From positions 100,347 to 164,346 of IMG/VR virus record IMGVR_UViG_3300031993_006627: DNA of 64,000 bases, one strand, 5' to 3'. The stretch's first letter is position 1; each line of letters begins with the position of its first letter. Below are positions 10,063 through 19,775 of this stretch, piece after piece. The notes under the pieces were generated by a model. That model had not been told where the DNA came from. It saw nothing but the letters and a program-made list of their open reading frames with translations, and ran no database searches. Made by a program: the position numbers and the translations under genes. The DNA comes from a virus. Taxonomy: Duplodnaviria; Caudoviricetes.

Positions 10063-11883
10063 ATGGCTATTAAAAACTTCAATTTCCCTCGTGTCACGCT
10101 CACGCAGGAATTTACTGCTTCCAACGTCGGAAGCCAGGCGGTTCTGAGCGCTGCGTGTATCGGTCGGCCTTTTTATCTGCATCGTGCAGATGTGGAATCC
10201 GAGGCCGCTATCGGAGAGTTCGCCTATGACGCCACAAATGGTGTCACCTCCAGCACACTCCCAGGTCTTACGACTGAAAAATTCCTGAATGGGAAGGAAG
10301 ACGACCTGGCTGAAGTCGTGGTTGTTGATGCCTCGAACAAGGAATGGGAAAATCAGAAGGTTAAGGTGCTCAACGGCATCTTCCTGCACAAATCTGTCAC
10401 CAGTGGCATCACACCGAATGATGAGGAAACAGGACGCACGACTAAGAAGCTCATGCTCACGGTCGGAATGGTTATCAAGTCCGGACTCGGCAAAGTCGCT
10501 TCGGCCGACTTCGGCAATATTGAAGTCGCTATCGGTGACAAGGTTGACGTCTATGTGTCCACTACGGCACACAGAGCTACGATTATCAATATCACCAACT
10601 CCACGGCGTCTTCCGGCCTGGATACCATCACAGTTGCTCTGGATAACATCAGCGACTCGATTGCAGTCGATGCCGACATTGCAAAAGTCGATTTTCTCGT
10701 GACGACTGATTGGTCCTGGCAGAACACAAGCTCCACCAATACCTATTTTGCGATTGCCAATGGTACCTTCACGATTACTGGCAGCAAATCGGCTGTGAAG
10801 CTGGACGGCACACACGACTGTGCTCTGGTTTCCGGCTCATACAACTGGGCCATCCAGTATCGCGAATACAACACGGTGTTCAACGGCGTTCTCGGCAGCG
10901 TCTACAACGAAGATGCAGTCGAAGAAGTCCTCGGCGCTCCCTGCAAGGCGAATCCTCTGGCGCTCGCTGTCAAGTTCGCTGCTCTTGCCGCTCCGGAAAC
11001 CGTTGTTTACTTCACCGGCGTTAAGGACGAGACCACGGCCGCCTACAATGAAGCCAATGACTTCCTGAATAAGTACGAGGACGTTTACAGCATCGTTCCT
11101 GCCACCAGTGATACAACGATCATCGCGTCGCTGCTTGCCGACATCATCGAAGCGTCTGCAGATGAAGACAGCAAGATTCGCCGCTCCCTGTGGTATGGCC
11201 TTGATCCTGATCTTTCCGGACTCAACGCCAATTACCTCCGTGTGGAAGCCATCATTGCTGCGAAGAAGATCGTTCCGGCTTCGTTCAAAGCACAGGCTGT
11301 CTGGGCCGATGGCATCAGCTACAATGGCGAATCTGATCTTCCGAACTGGTGCGGCGCTGCGGCTGCCGCCGGCATGCGCTCTTATGAGCCCTGCCAGCGC
11401 CCGCTGTCCAATCTCGGTTACACATTCTTCTCGGTTTCCGAGCCGAACGGTTACACGGATACGCAGCTCCGGGCTATCGGCGCGGAAGGCATCTGGATCA
11501 TTGCCAACAATCGTGACAGCCAGCCGATCAACAAGCGCCAGGTCACTACGGCTGTTGCCAACGACATCAACATGGATGAAGAAAGCATCGTCGCCAACGC
11601 TGACGAAGTGGCACTCTCGCTCTGCCACGTTGGTGAAGACAAGGTTGGCAACAGCAACATCACACCGATGATGATCATGGCGCTCTCCGACGACATCACG
11701 CTGAAGATGGATCAGAAGCTCATCAACACGACCGGCAGCGAGTACATCGGCCCGCAGCTGCTCAGCTGGACCCTCGACAAGATCTGGCAGGACAGTGTCC
11801 AACTGGACAAGGTCTATGCCATCATTTCCTGCCAGCCGCCCAAGCCCTTCAATGAGTTCAAGATGACTCTGCGCATTATCTAA
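10063..11883 (+). CDS. Tail sheath protein
   Basis: 606 aa. N-terminal FPRVTLTQE. C-terminal sheath-like domain (AAAAAGMRS...PLSN...GIWII...RQVTT...P.KPFNEF.MTL). Strong codon bias. Confidence 0.8.
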   Translation: MAIKNFNFPRVTLTQEFTASNVGSQAVLSAACIGRPFYLHRADVESEAAIGEFAYDATNGVTSSTLPGLTTEKFLNGKEDDLAEVVVVDASNKEWENQKVKVLNGIFLHKSVTSGITPNDEETGRTTKKLMLTVGMVIKSGLGKVASADFGNIEVAIGDKVDVYVSTTAHRATIINITNSTASSGLDTITVALDNISDSIAVDADIAKVDFLVTTDWSWQNTSSTNTYFAIANGTFTITGSKSAVKLDGTHDCALVSGSYNWAIQYREYNTVFNGVLGSVYNEDAVEEVLGAPCKANPLALAVKFAALAAPETVVYFTGVKDETTAAYNEANDFLNKYEDVYSIVPATSDTTIIASLLADIIEASADEDSKIRRSLWYGLDPDLSGLNANYLRVEAIIAAKKIVPASFKAQAVWADGISYNGESDLPNWCGAAAAAGMRSYEPCQRPLSNLGYTFFSVSEPNGYTDTQLRAIGAEGIWIIANNRDSQPINKRQVTTAVANDINMDEESIVANADEVALSLCHVGEDKVGNSNITPMMIMALSDDITLKMDQKLINTTGSEYIGPQLLSWTLDKIWQDSVQLDKVYAIISCQPPKPFNEFKMTLRII

Positions 11884-11899
11884 GAGGAGGTAACATACC

Positions 11900-12418
11900 A
11901 TGGCAGACAAAATTTCCGTTTTCAATACTCCGAATACTACGACCGAAACCTGGACACTCCAGGGCGCGGTCGTCCAGTGGGGCACCAATAACAGCGCTTC
12001 TTCAGCGATCCCGATGGTCCTGAACTCCATTCAGATCAGCTACGCTGTTCCGACCACAACCATTACGCCGCTGAACACCACGGCTAACGGCAGTGTTTCC
12101 CGCGTTGTCATCAAGGGCACGCCGGAAGGCAGCCTTACCGTGCAGACCATTTTCAGCCCGGCCATCAACGACTTCAAGGCGTTCCTGAAGGCCGTCACGA
12201 AGAGCTGCAAGCTGGCTCAGGACCAGGTCATGATGACCCTTCGTCCGTTCGGCAACCTGCAGTGCAGCAACAGCGAGCGCAACACGACTGGCAACCTAAT
12301 CTTCTATCTGCATGACCTTGACCTTCGTCAGATGGACATCGCCATCAGTCAGCAGAACAACATCGCCATCGTGAACATGCCTCTGCAGTTCAGCTTCACG
12401 AACCTCGAAATCGAGTGA
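11900..12418 (+). CDS. Tail tube protein
   Basis: 172 aa, beta-rich, directly after the sheath, GAGGAGG RBS. Confidence 0.65.
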   Translation: MADKISVFNTPNTTTETWTLQGAVVQWGTNNSASSAIPMVLNSIQISYAVPTTTITPLNTTANGSVSRVVIKGTPEGSLTVQTIFSPAINDFKAFLKAVTKSCKLAQDQVMMTLRPFGNLQCSNSERNTTGNLIFYLHDLDLRQMDIAISQQNNIAIVNMPLQFSFTNLEIE

Positions 12419-12450
12419 TCGGAAGCAGGCGAAACAGACCTTTCTGGGTA

Positions 12451-12487
12451 CCCCGTCGGTAAGGTAACTTATCGGCGGGGACTTTTT
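12451..12487 (+). terminator. Rho-independent terminator
   Basis: CCCCGTCGGTAAG-GTAA-CTTATCGGCGGGG followed by ACTTTTT. Confidence 0.75.
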
Positions 12488-12504
12488 ATAAGAGGAATCA
12501 GCAC

Positions 12505-15129
12505 ATGAGAGCAGACGGAGAACTTATCATCGGGACAGTCGTGATGTCCATGCCAGAATACGGCGCGGCCAAGGTGGTCACTTGCGGGGGAGCACCCACC
12601 ATCAAGGAGCCGATTCTTTGCTACCTTCCATACAGTGACGCCAACTGTGGGTCCCTGCTCCAGTCTCATATCCAGGATGGCAGCACGGTCATCTGTATGC
12701 GCTCCTACAGCAATCCGAACCAGGGATATATCCTGACTGCTGTAAACGAAGCCCAGGCCGATCTGACAGATACTCTGGACGGTCGTGTGTTCTATGCCAC
12801 GAACAGATGGACAACCTGGCATTCCAAGATCTTCGACACGGTGATTAACCAGTTGAAGGACTTCGCCGGCACGATCTTCAGAAACAGGGCTAACAGCGTC
12901 GATAAGGACGTTCTGCCAGGAGATACGGACATCACCAATAACAACGGCACAGCGGCCATTCACGTGGGCAAATACCTGGTCCAGATGAAAGGCTCTCCCA
13001 TTGCTTTCATCGACGTAGCGGCCATCAAGGATCAGATCCGCATGGTAGCGGCCAGAATCGAGATGCACACACTGACGACATACAAGCACATCGAGAGTGA
13101 TGTCGCCGTCGACAACATGGCTACCAGTGCCCCGGAGACTTTCGGGTTCCCCTTCGGTGCGGATGTGAATGAGAAGTGGGACGAAGCTGCAGCCAACGGT
13201 GTCCCGTTCTTCCGGATGCAGCACACCAAAGGCGCTCTCATAGACGGCGAGGAAAAGATTATCCTGGCGTTCCCGCCGAAAGCATCAGATTCCAGCTCTA
13301 CGAGTTCTTCTGGCGAAAAGCAGTGGACCTATGAGCCGTCCGCAAAGAAGGCGCAGGAAAGCACCGAGAACACCCTGCAGGAAACTGCGGACATGCACAC
13401 TGATACAACAGAACCGCCTACTCTTCACAAGGACAGGACGGCCCTATCCGGCGAGCGCACGATTGCTACAACGCAGAGCATCCATCTGGTGAAGACACCA
13501 TCCATTTCTTCTGTTCTTCAGTATGGCTACTCTAAAGTCAACGCAAAGAAAGAAGAGGGAACTTCAAAAGATTTGGATTTACTCACACCTTATGTGCAGG
13601 AAAATGCAGAGGATGAAGAGGAATCGGCTGAAGTCGATCTTGACAAGCAGATCATGGACGCAGCCATCAATCGTGTCGTTGACAAGCTGCTGACAAAAGA
13701 TTATTTGCCTGTGCTGAAACAGCGCATGGCGGAAGCCGGTCTCATTGTATCAGAGTCCTCTTTGGATGACCTCTTCAAGGATCACACGACGACGGGGCCG
13801 ACGACACAGACCGTCTATGATCCACCTAAGTTCCTGCAGTTGACCGATCCTGTTACAGGCAAGGTGCATACCTATTTTGATTCCACGTCGTTCATCTCCC
13901 AGGAAGAAGACGGCAGCATTCTCATCTGTGATGGCTACGGCAGCGAGATTCGTATGTCCCAGGGCAACATTTATATCAGCCCGGCGCTCGATCTCCAGTT
14001 GCGTCCCGGCCGTGATATGTGGGGGCTTGTACCACGACATATGACCTTGGATTCTCAGGGCTATTCCGAGCTGAACAGCATGAAGGCGGTCTACATCAGA
14101 TCCACAGGTGATATGCAGATTGCTGCAGCAACGGAGGGCAAAGGAAAGCTGACACTGGAATGTGACTCGAAGGCCAATGGTGAAAAATCCGGCGTTATTA
14201 TACGAAGTCTCGGCAATGTTGCTATGACTGGGCACGATCTCTACATCGGTGTGAATAAAGGGACATCAATGACCAAAGGTCGTACCGAACTTGTTCAGAA
14301 TCCTGGTTCCATTATCATTGATGCAGGTGAAAATGGGGGTCTTGTACATAGGTGTAGGCTGTGCACGGTGGACACGATGTCGTTTACTGTTGTTGGAGGC
14401 GGCTCTGGAAGAACCGGGAAACATGCGGCATTTACGGTGTCTACGAACATGATAGGGCTCTACGCCGAGATCGTCCAGATGCCAGCACAGCTCAATATAA
14501 GTGCTGTTAATGGCACGGAAGAAGTTGCTGTTATGCGAAACGGTGAGATGGAACAGCAAGAGATCAATACAGCAACTGCGCCTCATCTCTATCTGAAAGG
14601 TGCTTTCAGATTTAATGGTACCGCTATGGTTGTCAGCGGTTCTATTTATGTCACAAAGGATGTTATGGCGACCAATGTGGGATATGTGGAAGGAAGCGGG
14701 AAGATAGTCGTAAATGATATAGAGGGTAATTTCTTCAAGAAGCAATGGCCAGTGGATAATCTGGAAATAAATAGCGAGCTGAAAGAGAACTCTGGTTATA
14801 AATTCGTGGAGTTTATAACAGAGACTATCTATCAGGATTACTACATAGCTAGTAACTGCTTCAAATTCCCGGAGGATTACGGCGTATCAGAATCCTTTGT
14901 GATTCCAGGCATGGTATGGCAGGAAAACACAAGGTTGACCGTTGATGACCCAAATTCTGTTGTGTGGACGGAGGAACCTGTATTGGATGTGGACGGGGAA
15001 ACCCTCACAGCTGCTTATCCCGGCTGGTCTGCATGGGTGCGCGGCCGCATCACGCAGAAGGGATACGAAAAAGGCATACTTCTATTCGATTACATAACCA
15101 ACACAAAGAAGGAGACTTCCAATGAGTGA
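12505..15129 (+). CDS. Putative baseplate spike/hub (gp5/VgrG-like beta-helix) protein
   Basis: 874 aa; DGSILICDGYGSEIRMSQGNIYIS and following short beta repeats. Confidence 0.45.
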   Translation: MRADGELIIGTVVMSMPEYGAAKVVTCGGAPTIKEPILCYLPYSDANCGSLLQSHIQDGSTVICMRSYSNPNQGYILTAVNEAQADLTDTLDGRVFYATNRWTTWHSKIFDTVINQLKDFAGTIFRNRANSVDKDVLPGDTDITNNNGTAAIHVGKYLVQMKGSPIAFIDVAAIKDQIRMVAARIEMHTLTTYKHIESDVAVDNMATSAPETFGFPFGADVNEKWDEAAANGVPFFRMQHTKGALIDGEEKIILAFPPKASDSSSTSSSGEKQWTYEPSAKKAQESTENTLQETADMHTDTTEPPTLHKDRTALSGERTIATTQSIHLVKTPSISSVLQYGYSKVNAKKEEGTSKDLDLLTPYVQENAEDEEESAEVDLDKQIMDAAINRVVDKLLTKDYLPVLKQRMAEAGLIVSESSLDDLFKDHTTTGPTTQTVYDPPKFLQLTDPVTGKVHTYFDSTSFISQEEDGSILICDGYGSEIRMSQGNIYISPALDLQLRPGRDMWGLVPRHMTLDSQGYSELNSMKAVYIRSTGDMQIAAATEGKGKLTLECDSKANGEKSGVIIRSLGNVAMTGHDLYIGVNKGTSMTKGRTELVQNPGSIIIDAGENGGLVHRCRLCTVDTMSFTVVGGGSGRTGKHAAFTVSTNMIGLYAEIVQMPAQLNISAVNGTEEVAVMRNGEMEQQEINTATAPHLYLKGAFRFNGTAMVVSGSIYVTKDVMATNVGYVEGSGKIVVNDIEGNFFKKQWPVDNLEINSELKENSGYKFVEFITETIYQDYYIASNCFKFPEDYGVSESFVIPGMVWQENTRLTVDDPNSVVWTEEPVLDVDGETLTAAYPGWSAWVRGRITQKGYEKGILLFDYITNTKKETSNE

Positions 15130-15745
15130 AGAACCCGCTGCTCCCGCCGAAGAAAAAGATGACAATATGCCCATTTGTCCTTGCTGCGGCAAGAAGATGG
15201 ACAAGAAGCCGATCAACCTTGACAGCAAGGTGGTCGATGACTACCTGGCGAGCATTATGACCGGCGTACCGTTCAGTCATACATTCGAGCTGTTTAACGG
15301 ACGCCTGACTATCACAGTCAGTGCCCTCGACAAACAGGAAGGTCTCGCTCTGTATCGCTTTGTCCTACTTGTGGAACCTTTCGGCACGACATCCACAGTC
15401 ATCCAGGATTTTCTCGGTGTTGTTAATATGTACAGTTTTATCCGTCGCATTGTTGTTAAGAAGGGCGACGAGCAGAAAGCATATATCCCCGCTGAGCATG
15501 TTTTTAATGAGTGCCGCAAACTGGTCGATACCTGGGAAACTGAGGATCTGACCAAAGATGAGAAGAAAGCAGAATTTCTCCAGCAGGTTCAGGAGGTCTA
15601 CAACAATCTGACTGCTCCGGATGTCCTGTCATCCACACCTCTGCTTATTCTGAACAGAGCGATCAATGACTACAAGGCAGTCGAAACTCTTCTTCTACAG
15701 GCTGGATTCGATGAAAATTTTTGGAGGGGTATCGAGCTTCATTGA
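15122..15745 (+). CDS. Putative tail assembly chaperone (Zn-ribbon N-terminus)
   Basis: CPCCG motif; two genes upstream of the tape measure. Confidence 0.5.
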   Translation: MSEEPAAPAEEKDDNMPICPCCGKKMDKKPINLDSKVVDDYLASIMTGVPFSHTFELFNGRLTITVSALDKQEGLALYRFVLLVEPFGTTSTVIQDFLGVVNMYSFIRRIVVKKGDEQKAYIPAEHVFNECRKLVDTWETEDLTKDEKKAEFLQQVQEVYNNLTAPDVLSSTPLLILNRAINDYKAVETLLLQAGFDENFWRGIELH

Positions 15746-16095
15746 TGCTCTGCCTGCCTGAGTTCGATACCTATCATATTCTTCCACAATACGCCAGAGA
15801 GCCGGACGATCCAAGGAATATTATTGCTTTGAATGTCCTGAAACATCGCGCCCGTACTCAGCTACATTGGCGCGTACTCAACTGTCGCCTGATGAGCATG
15901 AAGAATATGAATGCCCTATATAATTTCCAAATTGGTTATATAGAAAAGGGATCCGGTGTTGTAGTAGAAAAGCAAGTCGATTTTTCCACTATGACTGAGG
16001 AAGAAATGATGACTGTCTACAATATGGCGTTGAAGAAGGTCGGGCTGACTCTTGACCCGGAGACTTTACTAAAGGCTCAACAACAAGGCGGATAA
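15745..16095 (+). CDS. Putative second tail chaperone (possible -1 frameshift extension)
   Basis: In the -1 frame relative to the previous gene; TGATG overlap; directly precedes the tape measure. Confidence 0.45.
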   Translation: MLCLPEFDTYHILPQYAREPDDPRNIIALNVLKHRARTQLHWRVLNCRLMSMKNMNALYNFQIGYIEKGSGVVVEKQVDFSTMTEEEMMTVYNMALKKVGLTLDPETLLKAQQQGG

Positions 16096-16098
16096 GAC

Positions 16099-18747
16099 AT
16101 GGGACCTGTTAACTTTACACCGAATATGGCCCTCCAGCAGTTCCTGGCGCAACTGCTTGGGTTTGATATGAGCTCCCTGATGGGGATGCAGGCAGGACAG
16201 GGCATTACAGCGTGGCTGAAGAACCTGGTGATCCCCGGATTGTTGGGGATTAGTCCTACGAGTTCCTTATGGAACATGTCTCTGTATACCAACATGACTG
16301 ATTACGGCATCATGATGCAGAACATGAACAGTGCTGCAAACATGGCCGGTATACAGCAGATGATGCAGCTGCAGAACTCGAACAGGTACAATCTGTACGA
16401 AGGCTGGCAGAAGATGGTCATGTCTAAGGCGGCTTTCAATGATCTGCCAGATGCACAGAAAGCACAGTATAACAATAATTACGATGCCTACATACAGCAC
16501 AAAGCTCAGGGCATGATGGATAATCAGGCTCTGAATACTTTCATGCTACTGACCGGCTGGGATCCGACCGGTGCAGCGAGAGCCGCATTCAATGTGAGAG
16601 AAGCTGCTTCTAACATAGCCCGCAACGCCATGTGGCGAGGTGATGATAAGGCTATGCAGAAAGCAGAAGCGATCTCCAGGCTCTTCCTTGACAAGGACGA
16701 CAAGATTGCCTATTCGAAATGGGAATTCGGTGGGATGACGCTCAACGAGACTTCAGCTCTCGCTGCTATGCTCACTAAGGGGATCTCGCTCGGCGGTACT
16801 GATACTGATTCCATAGCAAAAGCTATTGAGGAACTCAGAACAAGACTGCAGAACCTAACAAAAGCCATGAGCCCTCTGAAGGATTTATTCGGTGATGATG
16901 TACCGAAGATGGTGGAGTTCCTGGAGGATATTACGGGAAAATCCATCAAGCAACTCGATGAGGGTACGATTGCCAAATTATCGGCTAACGTCGTGAATGG
17001 CATTACAACGGGTGCCTTCACACAGGAGCAGATGGCGAAACTTACGGTGCAGCTCCAGGGAAACATTGGCCAGATGAATCTTCCATTCTATTTGGAGAAT
17101 GGTGCTATGATGATGTCTGACCGGATTCTGACGACTGTCAATGCCGGCAATATACCTCTGATGATGTCACGGGCTTCTTACCAGACCGCCGTGTCCGAGC
17201 GAACAATACGTCAGGCTGCATCTCCATTTGCCAACAATGTGAATCTTGCATATGCCCTGTGGGAAGCGGACAAGCGCAGAAGGAACGAGAACTTCGATGT
17301 TAAGGAAGGAACAGCGTTGTTCCAAGCTGAATATGAGGCGCTGAGAGCGAGCGGTCGCTTTAATGAAGAACAGGCGCTCCTGCGTCTGTCCGGGGCATCC
17401 TCCCTGCAGCAGATGGCTGTCATGGGCACGCGCTTCGGCGGTTACAACAGGGCTGTTTCTGCTGGTCTTGGTATGGATATGGCATCCACAGAAGGCGTGC
17501 GTCGCAGGGCTGCCACGATCATTATGGGTGAAGACACACCAGAGAAACGTATCGCTATGCAGCGAGTTATCAATATGTTCATGTCTGGAAATGGACCAGA
17601 GGGTAAGAAGAATATGACCGTGGATGATCTTGACCGGTACTTCCAAGGGCTTGAAAATGCATCTGGCTCCGATCAGCTATTGTATCAAGCCTATATGGAG
17701 CTGAATCAGAACAGACGGTTGATGGCCTTCAATGTTGACATGCGTAAGTCTGCTGAACAGCGAGACGATGCCCAGAAACGCCAGATAGCAGATGGCATGC
17801 GTAAGAGAGCGAACCAGATGACTGAATGGCTTGGCAGAGCAAGTGAAAAAGATTCAAGTCTTGGTGAAACGCTTGTAAACTGGTTGCGTGGTGACAAGAC
17901 GTTTAAAGATAAGGCAGCATTGGCTGAAGTTCAGGAGTTCATGTCTAGCAAGAACTTTGATCCCCAGGATATAGCTGCCTTCAAAGCAATCGCCGAAGCG
18001 AATGGGGATGATAAAGCACAGACACTGCGACATATCCAGGCGTATATTGCGAACAACAAAACGAACCCGGATAGAAATGCCAGATTGGCCTCTATATGGG
18101 AGAGTCTTGAACCGGGCGACGACAGGAATACGAAATATGCTGCATTGTCAAGGCTTTCAGGCAGTGCGCTTGGTCTGCTTGTTACCTGGGACAAGGATGA
18201 GAAGAAATACATAGATAAAACAGACTGGAAAGATGCTCTCGCCGGCAGCCCGGATGCTAACACACTTCAGCGCAGACTGAAAGAGCAGGCGCTCAAGAAT
18301 GCCACAAATGCAAGTGATGATGCCTACAAGATAAAGGCGAGAGAAAATACCGTTATCGACTTGCTTGGAAAAGGCGGAGAGCAGAAGTTCAAAAGCATAC
18401 GTGATGCACTTGTCCTAGATGAGAAGACAATAAATCAGGTAATGAAAAGTGACAGCAGTCTGAAAGATCTTCGTGGTGACGAGAAGCACGAGATGGAACG
18501 TGCTTTGCGTGGCTATGTGGAGTCTGTAAGCGGGCTCGGTTTAAACGACTCCAACGGAGAAACCATGTCACCGGAGCAGATCATGGCAAAGGCTTTCGGT
18601 GCAGGTGGTATATTCCAGGAAGTGGACAATACACTGTCAGATCTTGGAGATGCTATAAATGATCTTATAGGCTGGCTGAAGAAGGTTGCGGAACCCGGAA
18701 ATTTCTCGATGCTCAGCTTCCTTGGCTTTAAGAAGAAGGAGGAATAA
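16099..18747 (+). CDS. Tape measure protein
   Basis: 882 aa, helical, Ala/Met/Gln-rich; follows tube and chaperones. Confidence 0.6.
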   Translation: MGPVNFTPNMALQQFLAQLLGFDMSSLMGMQAGQGITAWLKNLVIPGLLGISPTSSLWNMSLYTNMTDYGIMMQNMNSAANMAGIQQMMQLQNSNRYNLYEGWQKMVMSKAAFNDLPDAQKAQYNNNYDAYIQHKAQGMMDNQALNTFMLLTGWDPTGAARAAFNVREAASNIARNAMWRGDDKAMQKAEAISRLFLDKDDKIAYSKWEFGGMTLNETSALAAMLTKGISLGGTDTDSIAKAIEELRTRLQNLTKAMSPLKDLFGDDVPKMVEFLEDITGKSIKQLDEGTIAKLSANVVNGITTGAFTQEQMAKLTVQLQGNIGQMNLPFYLENGAMMMSDRILTTVNAGNIPLMMSRASYQTAVSERTIRQAASPFANNVNLAYALWEADKRRRNENFDVKEGTALFQAEYEALRASGRFNEEQALLRLSGASSLQQMAVMGTRFGGYNRAVSAGLGMDMASTEGVRRRAATIIMGEDTPEKRIAMQRVINMFMSGNGPEGKKNMTVDDLDRYFQGLENASGSDQLLYQAYMELNQNRRLMAFNVDMRKSAEQRDDAQKRQIADGMRKRANQMTEWLGRASEKDSSLGETLVNWLRGDKTFKDKAALAEVQEFMSSKNFDPQDIAAFKAIAEANGDDKAQTLRHIQAYIANNKTNPDRNARLASIWESLEPGDDRNTKYAALSRLSGSALGLLVTWDKDEKKYIDKTDWKDALAGSPDANTLQRRLKEQALKNATNASDDAYKIKARENTVIDLLGKGGEQKFKSIRDALVLDEKTINQVMKSDSSLKDLRGDEKHEMERALRGYVESVSGLGLNDSNGETMSPEQIMAKAFGAGGIFQEVDNTLSDLGDAINDLIGWLKKVAEPGNFSMLSFLGFKKKEE

Positions 18748-19329
18748 ATGGCCAACAAAATACAGGTTTTTGATCCAGCAGGCGGCATATCCTTCCAGTC
18801 TATTCCAGTCAAGGAGTCCGCTTTCATTACGATCACACCAGTGCGCTCGAACAAATACTACAATGATTCCAGCAGCACAAATATTTTCCGTATGGGTGAT
18901 TCCAACGTGACTGGCCGGGGGAACAAGGGATCCGCCCTATATGCACACATGCCAATTACAGGTGTGCATATCGCCCAGGGAGTTGACATGAGCATATCGA
19001 AAACACTCAATGCCGATTTCCTGGTTGCGGAGTTCGGAGATAACCCGGTGCAGATCACGCTCGCTGGTGTAAACTTCTACGGGGACATCACCTGTAACGG
19101 CATCGGCAATGTCCAGCACAAGCAGATCATGGATTTCTATGAGCGTAACAAGCTGAGTGCCGATATCAAGAACCGCATCGACATCAGTGTTACTCCGGCG
19201 TCCTCACCGAACAGCGGGGCTTTCCGCTGTGTTCTGGTGCGCATGAGATCTTCCACTCCGATTAAAGATGGCCAGGGCACTGTGCCGGCATATACATATG
19301 AACTGAGCTTGATAGGAGTCAGACGATGA
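18748..19329 (+). CDS. Putative tube-initiator/baseplate protein
   Basis: Tube-like beta pattern (FGDNPVQITLAG); follows the tape measure. Confidence 0.45.
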   Translation: MANKIQVFDPAGGISFQSIPVKESAFITITPVRSNKYYNDSSSTNIFRMGDSNVTGRGNKGSALYAHMPITGVHIAQGVDMSISKTLNADFLVAEFGDNPVQITLAGVNFYGDITCNGIGNVQHKQIMDFYERNKLSADIKNRIDISVTPASSPNSGAFRCVLVRMRSSTPIKDGQGTVPAYTYELSLIGVRR

Positions 19330-19775
19330 TTGCGATCAACAAACTCTACGGTGTTCTTCTTGGGATGGCGGCCGATGATATTCCGGCGACCTACAAATGG
19401 TATGCGAAAAAGTTCACAACCGTTGCCACCAGTGAGAAGGTGCAGAACATTCTCAAGATCATGCTCCAGACTGTCTCTATCGACAAGCGTGCCATGTTCG
19501 CCTGCATCGTGTGTAACGCCGTGTTGCACACAATCTTTGGCAAGGAAATTGAGAATCTGGATCCAGTGAACACGTATGTCCCTGTTTCGCGGCCGCCGGA
19601 CAGCGCGAATGATAATCCGAATTTTTGCTTGCTTTCTATGGCTGGGCCGGCTGACATGTACAAGCCCATGAAGCAGTTCCTTGACCAGGACATTCTGGAT
19701 AGACTGGAAACACCTTCCTGGATGGAATACATAGCGGCCGGCTGTCTGCAGATCCTGAGGGAACTCAAGAAATGA
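19326..19775 (+). CDS. Hypothetical tail-region protein
   Basis: ATGA overlaps on both sides. Confidence 0.5.
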   Translation: MIAINKLYGVLLGMAADDIPATYKWYAKKFTTVATSEKVQNILKIMLQTVSIDKRAMFACIVCNAVLHTIFGKEIENLDPVNTYVPVSRPPDSANDNPNFCLLSMAGPADMYKPMKQFLDQDILDRLETPSWMEYIAAGCLQILRELKK

